This document shows, one piece after another, positions 37,401-46,824 of a stretch of 64,000 bases of DNA. Below the pieces are notes generated by a model, which did no database searches, was not told the origin of the DNA, and was given only the letters and a program-made list of their open reading frames with translations. Numbering within the stretch: the stretch's first letter is position 1; each line of letters starts with the position of its first letter. The stretch comes from Planctomycetota bacterium (GTDB lineage: Bacteria; Planctomycetota; UBA8108; SXIK01). The stretch is taken from assembly GCA_965223265.1 (NCBI GenBank), contig OZ244999.1:7040001-7104000 (forward strand). The letters run 5' to 3'. The position numbers and the translations under genes were made by a program.

Positions 37401-39008
37401 ATGGCCCGCCAAAGAAAGACTTCACCCCTTCTATTCATCATCGGCCTCGGCCTCGCGCTCACCGTGGGGCTGCTCGCTGAGACCATTGCACAACCCGAAA
37501 AACCGGGCACGCCGATTGCAGTCGACGGCGCAGAACGAAAAGACGAAAAGAAGCGCTGCTACCGGACGCAAAGACCAAGACCGGAGACCACCGCCGCACC
37601 TCTTCGAGCTCGTGGCTGCGAGCTCGAGGTCTCGAATCCTGAAGTCCCGACAGTCAGCCCGCCTGAGACTTCGACGACGAAAACAACAGACGCCGCCGCG
37701 GCGCGTTCAGACGATCAGCCGCCGGTGGTCAAAGCGACGCCGCAGGACGTCAACGCAACGGATGGAGACTCCCCAGACGCGACGGATCCGACGGCAGCTT
37801 CTGGCGCGGCGACTGGGGCGCTCAACGAGATTCCTCCGACGAACGTCGACACTCCTCTGCCAGCATTCGTTGCGCGTGGCCTGGACTGGCTCGTCAAAGC
37901 GCAGCACGAGAATGGCGGCTGGGGCGCTGGCTCGCACGCCAACCAGCAGCAGCGAGACGCACGCGCTGTCTCGACAGACCCTGCGACGACCGCCTTCACG
38001 GCCATGAGTCTGTTGCGACTCGGACATTCACCGATCTCTGGCGAGTACCGCGACGCCGTACGGCGCGCTACCGAGTACCTTTTACGGACGGTTGAGAACG
38101 CCGACGCCGCCGGACCGCGCATCACCAACCTCCAAGGCACGCAGCCGCAAGCCAAGCTCGGGCCGCTCGTCGATACGTCGATGACGACGCAGTTCCTCGC
38201 CCGCCTCCTCCCGCTCGTGAAGTCCGACGCTGCACTGCACCGCCGCGTCGACACGGCGCTCGACAAGTGTATCGCCAAGCTCGAAAGCTCTCAGCAGACG
38301 AACGGTAGCTGGGGTGGCGGCGGTTGGGCGCCGGTGCTGCAGTCCTCCATCGGCTGCACTGCGCTCGAGCTCGCGCGCGGCGTCGGCAAGGAAGTGTCGA
38401 GCGACTCTCTCAAGCGCGCACGTGAATACCAAAAGAACACTGTCGATATCGACAGTGGTCGCGCCAAGGCCGGCGATGCAGCTGGCGTCGAGCTCTACGC
38501 CTTTTCGTCCGCACAGCGTGCCAACGCCGAGGAAGCGAGGCGTGCCGACGACATCGTCGAAAAAGCAAAACGCGAGGGCAAGATCGATCAGAACGCCGAA
38601 GTCGATGAGAAGACGCTGCGTCAGATCGGCGTGGCCGCGCCGCAAGCCCGGGCGCTCAGCGATGCCTGGAAGCTTACTGCCGCACAGAATGCCAGACTCG
38701 ACGACGAGAGCCTTCTTTCGGGGTTCGGCAACAACGGCGGCGAGGAGTTCTTGAGCTACCTGACGACGAGCGAGTCGTTGATCATCACGGGCGGCGACGC
38801 GTGGACAAAGTGGAATCGTAAAATGCACGAGCGTCTGGCGAAGGTGCAAAACCAAGACGGCAGCTGGACGGGGCACCACTGCATCACCAGCCCAGTCTTC
38901 TGCACCGCCGCCGCAGTCCAGTGTTTGACCGTCGCGCGGGACACACAGTTCGCTGCCAAAACGCAGCCCGTTCTGGTCGGTCAAAACACGACACGGGTAC
39001 AGCGATGA
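37401..39008 (+). CDS. Exported prenyltransferase/squalene-oxidase-repeat (alpha/alpha barrel) protein
   Basis: AAGGA RBS; N-terminal hydrophobic helix; QW-like motifs GLDWLVKAQHENGGWG, QQTNGSWG and QNQDGSW. Confidence 0.8.
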   Translation: MARQRKTSPLLFIIGLGLALTVGLLAETIAQPEKPGTPIAVDGAERKDEKKRCYRTQRPRPETTAAPLRARGCELEVSNPEVPTVSPPETSTTKTTDAAAARSDDQPPVVKATPQDVNATDGDSPDATDPTAASGAATGALNEIPPTNVDTPLPAFVARGLDWLVKAQHENGGWGAGSHANQQQRDARAVSTDPATTAFTAMSLLRLGHSPISGEYRDAVRRATEYLLRTVENADAAGPRITNLQGTQPQAKLGPLVDTSMTTQFLARLLPLVKSDAALHRRVDTALDKCIAKLESSQQTNGSWGGGGWAPVLQSSIGCTALELARGVGKEVSSDSLKRAREYQKNTVDIDSGRAKAGDAAGVELYAFSSAQRANAEEARRADDIVEKAKREGKIDQNAEVDEKTLRQIGVAAPQARALSDAWKLTAAQNARLDDESLLSGFGNNGGEEFLSYLTTSESLIITGGDAWTKWNRKMHERLAKVQNQDGSWTGHHCITSPVFCTAAAVQCLTVARDTQFAAKTQPVLVGQNTTRVQR

Positions 39009-40327
39009 GCCACAGATCCGGACCTCGAGACACAACTCCAATCGCGCCTCTCTTGAGTCGGCGCAACTTCCTAACGTTCGGGATGGGGAGCCTCGCCGCT
39101 GGCGGGGCTCTCTGCCTCGGGCTCCCCCGTTTCGGGTCGGTGACGTCGGGCGCCGTGAACTGCAAGCAACGCGAGGTGTCCGCGGAGGCGGCCAAGATCC
39201 TTGCGCGTGCGGCCAAGTTCCTCGAGGCCGCTCAAGACACCGACGGAGCCTGGAGGAGCCAACGCTACAGCTTCTTTCGCTCCGGCGATGCACTGACGCC
39301 GTTCGTGTTGAACTCGCTGCAGCTCGCAGGGGTGGCACCCACGTCTGCATGCCATCGAGGCGACGAGCGCAGCGCTTTCGATTTCCTCCGCGCCGCGGTC
39401 AACTCCGACGGCGTGCTCGGCATGGGCGAGGATGAAGCATCTGGCTATCCGACCTATGCCACGGCGCTCGCTCTCCGCTGTCTGGCGGCGGTCGAGGACC
39501 GCGGCGACCGCGAACTCATACGTCGCATGAGAAAAACTCTCCTCGACTGGCAATACTCTGAAATGCATGGCTACGGCGTCGATTCTCTGGCCTACGGCGC
39601 GTGGGGATTCGCAGCACCGCTCGCCTCGGCAGTCGTCGGACACGTCGACGTCTCCTACACGCGCCACGTTTTGGAGGCGCTCGCGGCATCAGGTGGTTGC
39701 CCGCGCGACTACGCCGCTCGTGCACTCGTTTTCCTTCGACTCGTTCAACGCCACCCCGACGAGACGAGGCGGCAACCGCCCGCGATGACTTCGAGTTCCA
39801 CCGGGGCACGCGACACTAGCGATGTCGAGAGCGACCAGCAGGCGTCTACGGGCGTGCCGTTCGACGGCGGTTTTTACTTTTCGCCGATCGTTCTCGCCGC
39901 CAACAAGGGCGGCACGGCGCGGACCACAGACGGCAATGATTACTTCCGCAGCTACGCCACGGCGACAGGCGAAGGTGCGCTCGCACTCATTGCGTCTGGC
40001 TTGCCCGTTACCGACGCTCGCGTCGTCGGCGCGCGTCAGTGGCTGGAACGCCATGCTGGCTTCGCGTCACCGGCAGGAATTCCCTCCAGCGACCCCAACG
40101 GCTGGGCCGACGCCGTCTTCTTCACGCATCTCGAGTCGCGAGCTCTGGCATCGGCTGCGATCGGTGTGCCTGGGCCGTGGCGAGAGGAACTCGTGACGTT
40201 GCTAGCGGCGACGCAGCGACGCGATGGCAGCTTCAGTAACGAGAAGAACCACTTGATGAAAGAAGACGACCCGGTTCTCGCGACCGCACTGGCGGTGCGC
40301 GCACTATCCGCCGTGGTTCGCGGATGA
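39005..40327 (+). CDS. Tat-exported prenyltransferase/squalene-oxidase-repeat protein
   Basis: ATGA overlap with the upstream stop; SRRNFL Tat motif; FLEAAQDTDGAW, GAWGF, DGGFYF and QRRDGSF motifs. Confidence 0.78.
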   Translation: MSHRSGPRDTTPIAPLLSRRNFLTFGMGSLAAGGALCLGLPRFGSVTSGAVNCKQREVSAEAAKILARAAKFLEAAQDTDGAWRSQRYSFFRSGDALTPFVLNSLQLAGVAPTSACHRGDERSAFDFLRAAVNSDGVLGMGEDEASGYPTYATALALRCLAAVEDRGDRELIRRMRKTLLDWQYSEMHGYGVDSLAYGAWGFAAPLASAVVGHVDVSYTRHVLEALAASGGCPRDYAARALVFLRLVQRHPDETRRQPPAMTSSSTGARDTSDVESDQQASTGVPFDGGFYFSPIVLAANKGGTARTTDGNDYFRSYATATGEGALALIASGLPVTDARVVGARQWLERHAGFASPAGIPSSDPNGWADAVFFTHLESRALASAAIGVPGPWREELVTLLAATQRRDGSFSNEKNHLMKEDDPVLATALAVRALSAVVRG

Positions 40328-40379
40328 AGACTCGAGTTTGCCGTCGAAAGACGCGCCGGGAACAACCCATTGAAAGCAG

Positions 40380-41252
40380 CTACGCTAAAGGACGATCCTG
40401 TACACACGTTAGGCGGTCGTGGATCGACAGGACAAACTCTAGCGCCGGATGCACGCTCGATTCGCCAAAGGAGCCAACGAAGGAGCACGTACTGTAGTGC
40501 GAAGCACGGCGCTCGTAGACTTCTTCCCAGGAGCGATAACGGCGTTCGTCTTCCACGTTCGCGAATGGAAAGCGTGTCGGTGGTCGCGGTGCACGACATC
40601 GCCAAAACTTCGGTGACAAACGGGCGCGAAAGCAGGCCTGGGTTTCACACAGTTTGGTGTAGAGAGGATCCGAACCGAGCTCCTCAAGAAGCTCTCTTGT
40701 CTCACCGGCAAGAGGGTCGTAAGGACGGTGCGTCACGAGGCAGCGGAACCCACCGGCGGTGCGATAGAGCCGCACGCCCATCTCCGGACGTCGACGCGTG
40801 AGCGCGGTGAGCTTCGCGACAACCGGGGCGTCAGCGACGGGCTGGTTGCGGCGAAAGAGTCGTCGCCAAACGTCCGTCAGCGAGCGCACTGGGGGCGGCT
40901 CCGGGTCGTCGACGTCGGCGAAAAAGAATTCGGCCGCGTTCAAGACGATCGACCCGTAAGCGTTGCGGGTCAACACCGCGACGATGCGGTCAGCATGGGT
41001 AAACTCTTCGATCACCTCTTCACGAAACGGGCGATCGAGGTAGCCGTAGGCATCGGGCGGTTGTGATTCTCTCGGTCCGCTGGCCCGGTCGCGCGACTGC
41101 GCCGAGCGTGAAGCGGCGTGAGCGGCTGCTGCCGCTTCGCGCCGAGCGTCGTCAAGGCTCACGTTCGAGTGCCCGAAAAAGGTGAGCTGCTTGTGGCCTG
41201 AGTCGGTCTCAACGCGGGCGTAATCTCGCGCCCAGTACTTGAAGAATCTCAC
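40380..41252 (-). CDS. Conserved-looking hypothetical protein
   Basis: GTG 41252 lies right after the GNAT stop. Motif-rich sequence FADVD, RLYRTAGGFR, DPLYTKLC and CFRARLSPKFWR. Confidence 0.7.
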   Translation of the reverse strand: MRFFKYWARDYARVETDSGHKQLTFFGHSNVSLDDARREAAAAAHAASRSAQSRDRASGPRESQPPDAYGYLDRPFREEVIEEFTHADRIVAVLTRNAYGSIVLNAAEFFFADVDDPEPPPVRSLTDVWRRLFRRNQPVADAPVVAKLTALTRRRPEMGVRLYRTAGGFRCLVTHRPYDPLAGETRELLEELGSDPLYTKLCETQACFRARLSPKFWRCRAPRPPTRFPFANVEDERRYRSWEEVYERRASHYSTCSFVGSFGESSVHPALEFVLSIHDRLTCVQDRPLA

Positions 41253-41253
41253 G

Positions 41254-41904
41254 CTACGGGTCCAAGGGTTTGGATTCATTCGAATCCGAAAGCGGCGACC
41301 ACTCGACGGCAAGCAGGCCGTAGAGCTCTAGGTCTTCCCAAACGCCCCATCGCTCCACGTGCTGCCGCTGCCGTCCTTCATGCTGCATGCCGAGTTTTCG
41401 CAGCACACGCCCGGAAGCGGGATTGCGCGGTAGGTGGTTGGCGTAAACGCGCCGCACCCTCAGCACTGTAAAGGCATGGTCGATGACGGCGCGGGCGGCC
41501 TCCGTGCAGAAGCCTTGGTTCCAATGAGTTGTGGCGATCCAGTATCCAAGCTCGGCGCGGGAGTGACGAAGATCGATAGAGCTGAGCCCGATCGATCCAA
41601 GCAGCTCGCCGCTGGCGCGAAGCGTGATCGCAAATTGCACTGCTTCGCCGGACTCGAATGCACCCGGGTGCGTCGCGATCCACTCGTCGGCCATTTCCCG
41701 TTCGTACGGGTGAGGTACGTTCAGAGTCGTGTCCGCGATGGCGCGCTCACCGGCGAGTCGCGAAAGGTCCGCGGCGTCCGATGGCGCGAACGGCCGGAGC
41801 AGGAGTCTGGGAGTCGCGATGCTTGGGGGTTTCGGCATGACTTCAAATGGACCCAACTCAACGTCCGCGAAGAGGTCCGGCTCCTCGTCGAGGTGAGCTG
41901 TCAA
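41254..41904 (-). CDS. GNAT acetyltransferase, RimJ/RimL family
   Basis: TPRLLLRPF, RAELGYWI, HWNQGFCTEA and NPASGRVLRKLGM motifs. Confidence 0.9.
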   Translation of the reverse strand: MTAHLDEEPDLFADVELGPFEVMPKPPSIATPRLLLRPFAPSDAADLSRLAGERAIADTTLNVPHPYEREMADEWIATHPGAFESGEAVQFAITLRASGELLGSIGLSSIDLRHSRAELGYWIATTHWNQGFCTEAARAVIDHAFTVLRVRRVYANHLPRNPASGRVLRKLGMQHEGRQRQHVERWGVWEDLELYGLLAVEWSPLSDSNESKPLDP

Positions 41905-42389
41905 CCGGCCACTATACGTTTAAAGAAATGAAGGGTACCGACTTCATAGTCGAGAGCGCGATAGAAATCGATTGCGCCCCGATTGTGCGCGAAAACGTTA
42001 AACCACAGATGTTCGCAGTTCGCTGCGCGTGACTCCATCTCGATCACCTGAAGCGCCTCACTACCGAATCCGCAGCGTCGAGACTCGGGTTTGATAAAGA
42101 TGTCGTAGAGAAACGCCTCACGCGCGCGCGGGGTTCCAATCGCGAACCACACGCTCCCGACGATGTCGCCGTCCGCAGTAACGACATTGCGGAAGAAGTG
42201 CCCCACGCTATTGATCCCTTGGGGCAGAAGGGTTTCGATCTGCCGTTTTTCGAGCGCAAATGTCTCCGGGAAAGAAGCGTCCTCGAGGCGCACGCGATTT
42301 CTCGCCAACCTTTCGACAGCAGAATCGATAAAGGTCGAGAACTCCGCCCCTGTCACTGGTTCCAAGGAAATCATGAATGCTCCCTTCAC
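41901..42389 (-). CDS. GNAT family acetyltransferase
   Basis: AFLYDIFIKPESRRCGFG and NVFAHNRGAIDFYRALDY motifs. Confidence 0.85.
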   Translation of the reverse strand: MKGAFMISLEPVTGAEFSTFIDSAVERLARNRVRLEDASFPETFALEKRQIETLLPQGINSVGHFFRNVVTADGDIVGSVWFAIGTPRAREAFLYDIFIKPESRRCGFGSEALQVIEMESRAANCEHLWFNVFAHNRGAIDFYRALDYEVGTLHFFKRIVAG

Positions 42390-42483
42390 GAAGACAGGGT
42401 CGCAAGATGACTGATGCCGTTTCTTACGTTATGGTAATCACACTTCGTCTGCCAAGCCTTAACCAGTCTGTTGAAAAAGTCTC

Positions 42484-43944
42484 ATGAATCACTATCGCTG
42501 TTCAGCTCTCAGCAGTCTTGCTCTGACGTTTTTCCTGACGGTGCTCACACTCGGCTCGCCGCCTCCCGACACACACACCAACATCGTCATCATCCTCGTC
42601 GACGATCTCGGCTGGTCCGACCTCGCGTGCTATGGCGCGGATCTGCACGAGACTCCGAACATCGATCGGCTCGCCGCCGAAGGCGTGCGGTTCACCGACG
42701 CGTACTCGGCCTCGCCAGTTTGCTCGCCGACGCGCGCGAGCATCATGACCGGAAAGCACCCGGCGCGGCTGCACATGACGATCTGGCATGAAGGGTCGCT
42801 GGAAGCCGTTCGCGACCGGGAGCTGATCCCGCCTCAGACCGTGGCCAACCTGCCGCACTCCGAAGTCACCGTTGCGGAAGTGCTCAAGAACGACGGCTAC
42901 GCTACGGCTCATGTCGGCAAGTGGCACCTCGGCGCGGCCGGGTACTATCCTGAGACGCAAGGCTTTGACGTCAACATCGGCGGCACCTTCTGGGGCGCGC
43001 CGCCGACTTTCTTCTATCCGTACCGCGGCGCGTTCGGGAGCCGCCGCGAGCTGCGCTACGTGCCGGGCCTCACAGGCGGCAGAAAAGGCGAGTACCTCAC
43101 GGACCGCCTCACAAGCGAAGCCATTGCGTGGCTGGGAAGCAAGAGCGACGGTTCTTTCTTTCTCCACCTCGCGTTTCACACCGTCCATACACCGATCGAA
43201 GGCAAGCCCGAGATCGTCGAGAAGTTCCGGCAGAAGTTGTCACCTGAATTGCGGCACCAAAACGCCGAGTTCGCCGCCATGGTCAAAAGCCTCGACGAGA
43301 ACGTCGGCCTACTGCTCGCCAAGCTCGAGCAGCTCGGCGTGGCTGACGAGACCGCCGTCTTTTTTTTGTCGGACAACGGCGGCTACATCGGGCGCAACCG
43401 CGGCAACAAGGTGACCGACAACGCACCGCTGCGCTCCGGCAAGGGGTCGGTTTACGAAGGCGGAATCCGCGTCCCACTCATCGTCCGCTGGCCTGGTGTG
43501 ACACCAGCTGGGTCGGTCTGCAGCGAGCCGGTGATCTCTTCCGATCTTTACCCAACGCTCCTGGAAATCTCGGGACAGTCCGGCGACGCGAGCCACAACG
43601 CCGACGTCGACGGGCTCAGCCTGGCGCCGCTGTTGAAAGACCCAAGTGCACGCCTGCAGCGAGACGCTCTCCACTTTCATTACCCACACTACTATTTTAG
43701 TCCGCCGACCAAACCAGTGAGCGCCATTCGGGCGCGCGACTGGAAGCTCGTCGAACATCACACCGATGGACGGCTCGAGCTGTTTCGCCTCAAGGATGAT
43801 CTCAGCGAAACACACGATCTGAGCGCCGTGAATCCCGAAAAAGCCCGCGCGCTTCGCGAGCGTTTGATGGCGTGGCGCGGGCGCGTCGGAGCGCAGATGC
43901 CGCGGCGCAATCCCGATTTCAGACCGTCGCCAGCGCGGCGATAG
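42484..43944 (+). CDS. Secreted sulfatase (S1 family)
   Basis: NIVIILVDDLG, CSPTRASIMTG, GKWHLG, SDNGG and GKGSVYEGGIRVP motifs. Confidence 0.92.
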   Translation: MNHYRCSALSSLALTFFLTVLTLGSPPPDTHTNIVIILVDDLGWSDLACYGADLHETPNIDRLAAEGVRFTDAYSASPVCSPTRASIMTGKHPARLHMTIWHEGSLEAVRDRELIPPQTVANLPHSEVTVAEVLKNDGYATAHVGKWHLGAAGYYPETQGFDVNIGGTFWGAPPTFFYPYRGAFGSRRELRYVPGLTGGRKGEYLTDRLTSEAIAWLGSKSDGSFFLHLAFHTVHTPIEGKPEIVEKFRQKLSPELRHQNAEFAAMVKSLDENVGLLLAKLEQLGVADETAVFFLSDNGGYIGRNRGNKVTDNAPLRSGKGSVYEGGIRVPLIVRWPGVTPAGSVCSEPVISSDLYPTLLEISGQSGDASHNADVDGLSLAPLLKDPSARLQRDALHFHYPHYYFSPPTKPVSAIRARDWKLVEHHTDGRLELFRLKDDLSETHDLSAVNPEKARALRERLMAWRGRVGAQMPRRNPDFRPSPARR

Positions 43945-44197
43945 AAGCGCCCGTCACACAGCGACGAGCGGCTCAACCGCGTACGATCGCTGCATCCTCG
44001 CTGCGCCTTCGTCGGCTAGTTTGCGTTCTGTCGGCGTCGCACCAAAATACCATCCGACGAGGCGGCATCGGGTCGGTAAGGTTAGCCCCACGGCCGTGCG
44101 AGTCGCAGAGATCAGAGAAGAGATCTGTGGGACACTGAGATTCGCTCGGCTAAGATGGGCAGTTCAGCAGCAAAGCCATTTCCATCGTGGAGGACGA

Positions 44198-44998
44198 ATG
44201 TCCCAGCAGGACCTAAAATCCGCCGAGGTGTTCTACCCCGAAAGCGATGGGATCCCGATGGAAAGTGATCTCCATCGCGACCTCATGTGCGATTTGATCG
44301 CTGCGGCGCGGTACCACTTTCGCGACCGCCTGGACTTCTACGTCAGCGGCAACCTTTTCATCTATTACGAGGAAGGAAACCCTCGCAAGTCGATTGGGCC
44401 AGACTTCTTTGCCGTGCGCGGCATCGCGAGTCACCGGCGCCGCGTCTTCAAGCTGTGGGAGGAAGCCAACGGTCCCGAAATCGTGATCGAGATCACGTCG
44501 CGGAAGACGCATCGTGAAGATCTAGGCAAGAAACGCGACGTCTACACGCAGTTGGGCGTGCAGGAGTACTTTCTCGTCGATCCCGAAGGCATACGCTTCG
44601 ATCCTCAGCTGCGCGGTTTTCGGTTGCGAACCGGTTCGAGACCTCTCATGCAACCGGTTGCCGCGACCAGAGCGCCCAACGGCGCGCTGAGGCTGGAGAG
44701 TGACGTTTTGGGGCTGACGCTCGAAGCTCACGGCGAACAGGTCCGCTTCTTGGATTCCAAAGGCGACGCCGTGCCGACGCCGGAGGACTTCCTCCAGCGA
44801 GCCGAGGCGGAAAGGGCCCATGCCGAGGCGGAAAGGACCCATGCCGAGGCGGAAAGGACCCGGGCCGAGGCGGAAAGGACCCGGGCCGAGGCGGAAAGGA
44901 CCCGGGCCGACACCGCCGAGCTTGAGCTGGCACGGCTGCGAGATGAGGTCGCGCGGCTGCGTCGAACGCATGAACGTGACGCATCCGAAAGCCCGTGA
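44198..44998 (+). CDS. Uma2 (DUF820) family PD-(D/E)xK-like protein with coiled-coil tail
   Basis: GGAGGA precedes ATG 44198; YPESDGIPMESDLH, PDFF, PEIVIEITS, D..KK..Y and GVQEYFLVDP motifs. Confidence 0.88.
   Translation: MSQQDLKSAEVFYPESDGIPMESDLHRDLMCDLIAAARYHFRDRLDFYVSGNLFIYYEEGNPRKSIGPDFFAVRGIASHRRRVFKLWEEANGPEIVIEITSRKTHREDLGKKRDVYTQLGVQEYFLVDPEGIRFDPQLRGFRLRTGSRPLMQPVAATRAPNGALRLESDVLGLTLEAHGEQVRFLDSKGDAVPTPEDFLQRAEAERAHAEAERTHAEAERTRAEAERTRAEAERTRADTAELELARLRDEVARLRRTHERDASESP
44801..44905 (+). repeat. Five 21-bp tandem units encoding AEAER(A/T)(H/R) heptads
   Basis: GCCGAGGCGGAAAGG starts at 44801, 44822, 44843, 44864 and 44885. Confidence 0.9.
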
Positions 44999-45116
44999 CT
45001 CCGCGGTGAGGCAGCGCAGGGGCCGGTCGAAAAGCTGATGGCACTTGATGCAGGCCATGTCCCTTTGTCACGATAGGGGGCAGCGACCAGTGAGTCCTTC
45101 ACCGAATGAGGACAGC

Positions 45117-46529
45117 ATGCTAATTGTTCGTGAGTGCGACAGATCGCGGCGCGCGGTGACCCGGCGCCATTTCCTCACCGCTGGCGCTGTCGGCGTCGGC
45201 GGACTGACTCTCGCGAGCATGCTCCGCGCCGAGGCCGAGGCCGGGATCCGCTCGTCCCGAAAAGCGATCATCAATCTGCACCTCGACGGCGGGCCGTCGC
45301 AGCTGGACACGATCGACATGAAGCCCGACGCGCCGCGTGAAGTTCGTGGCAGCCTCGGATCCATGCCGACCTCGCTGAGCGGATTTCGGATTTGTGAGTT
45401 CATGCCGAAGGTCGCGGCGCTGGCGGAGAAGTTCGTCTTTCTCCGCTCGCTCGTAGGCGCAGCCGGACAACACGACGCATTTCAGTGTCTTTCAGGCTTC
45501 GACCGCACGAGTCTGACCTCCATCGGCGGACGCCCTGCCATGGGAAGTATCCTGTCGCGGCTCAACGGTTCGACGACGGATGCAGCGCCGCCCTTCGTCG
45601 ACCTTATGCAAGGCCGCGCGCTCGTGCGCAACAGCGCTCGCCCCGGTTTTCTTGGTGCCGCTTACGGCCCTTTCCGCCCCGACATGTCGAAGCTGTTCTT
45701 GCGGCCGCTCGAAGACGGAATGAAGAAGGAACTCTCCGCACTCGGTGACGGCCACGTCACGTCGCTCGCACTCTTAGATGCGCTCAGCCCTGAGCGACTG
45801 CGGCGCCGTCTCGGCCTCCTGGAGGAGTTTGACGCGTTTCGACGCCAGGTGGACGCGAAGGCAGATTCGGAAATGGTTGCCATGGACCGCTTCACCCAGC
45901 AAGCCTTCGGCATTCTGACCTCCGGTCGACTGGCCGAAGCGATGGACCTCGGCCGCGAGAACCCGCGTGTCCTCGAGGCATACACCCTGCCGGCGCGACG
46001 CGTCGAGCGCTTCAAACACAGCGACGACGACCGAGCCACGCTCAAGGCTCTACTCGCGCGGCGACTCGTCGAGGCGGGAGTGCGCTGCGTCAGCGTATCG
46101 CTCAGCGATTTTGACACGCACACCGAGAACGACAAACGCATGCGGCACCTGCTGCCGATTCTCGACCACATGCTGGCGACGCTCGTGACGGACCTCGAGC
46201 GCCGCGGTATGCTCGACGACGTCACAGTGATCGCGTGGGGTGAGTTCGGACGCACGCCGCGGATCGACACCAACGGCGCGGGCCGTCACCACTGGCAAGC
46301 CGTGGCGCCGGCGATTCTGGCCGGTGGCGGCATGAAAACCGGTCAGGTGATCGGCGCCACCGACCGCCACGCGGCCGAAGTGGTGTCGCGACCGCTCCAC
46401 TATCAAGACGTCATCGCGACGCTCTACCACAACCTCGGGATCGATCTCGACACTACGACGATCGAAGACCCGAGCGGTCGACCCCAGTACCTGCTCGACC
46501 GTGGCCAGCCGATTGCCGAAGTCGTGTGA
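45117..46529 (+). CDS. DUF1501 domain protein
   Basis: TRRHFL leader; LDGGPSQLDTIDMKP, FDTH, WGEFGRTP and GRHHW motifs; GAGGA precedes ATG 45117. Confidence 0.9.
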   Translation: MLIVRECDRSRRAVTRRHFLTAGAVGVGGLTLASMLRAEAEAGIRSSRKAIINLHLDGGPSQLDTIDMKPDAPREVRGSLGSMPTSLSGFRICEFMPKVAALAEKFVFLRSLVGAAGQHDAFQCLSGFDRTSLTSIGGRPAMGSILSRLNGSTTDAAPPFVDLMQGRALVRNSARPGFLGAAYGPFRPDMSKLFLRPLEDGMKKELSALGDGHVTSLALLDALSPERLRRRLGLLEEFDAFRRQVDAKADSEMVAMDRFTQQAFGILTSGRLAEAMDLGRENPRVLEAYTLPARRVERFKHSDDDRATLKALLARRLVEAGVRCVSVSLSDFDTHTENDKRMRHLLPILDHMLATLVTDLERRGMLDDVTVIAWGEFGRTPRIDTNGAGRHHWQAVAPAILAGGGMKTGQVIGATDRHAAEVVSRPLHYQDVIATLYHNLGIDLDTTTIEDPSGRPQYLLDRGQPIAEVV

Positions 46530-46730
46530 GGCCAGTGTCGGCTGACGCCTACTAGCGCCGGAAACCTTGTACAGTCTCAAGGAGTTCCGTCCGCCTTGCG
46601 GGACGCCAGGCGCGCCACTGCCCCGGCGGCTTCGCGCAGAGAACGGATCGAGCTCGCATTGCCGCTCCTTGGCCCGAGCGCTCACCGCGCTCAGGGCTTC
46701 AACGAAGTGACAAAAGTCGCGCATCGCGTG

Positions 46731-46775
46731 TTGACTTCCCATTGAATCAAACGTATGTTTTAATCATTCGTTTGA
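46731..46775 (+). promoter_or_regulatory. Sigma70-type promoter TTGACT-N17-TATGTT overlapped by a TetR-type operator
   Basis: -35 at 46731-46736 and -10 at 46754-46759. Inverted repeat TCAAACG (46747-46753) / CGTTTGA (46769-46775) spans the -10 element. Confidence 0.7.
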
Positions 46776-46824
46776 CAGAATAAGTGCCAAGCGGACCCCA
46801 CAAGATCCATTATAAAAACAACTT

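Noticed and set aside
37401-40327. Squalene-hopene cyclase or terpene biosynthetic cluster
   Set aside because: Single-barrel length, export signals, no DxDD motif and no isoprenoid pathway genes nearby.
44198-44998. Restriction or anti-phage system built on the Uma2 nuclease-like gene
   Set aside because: Stand-alone Uma2 genes with heptad tails are common. No methylase or other defence gene is adjacent.
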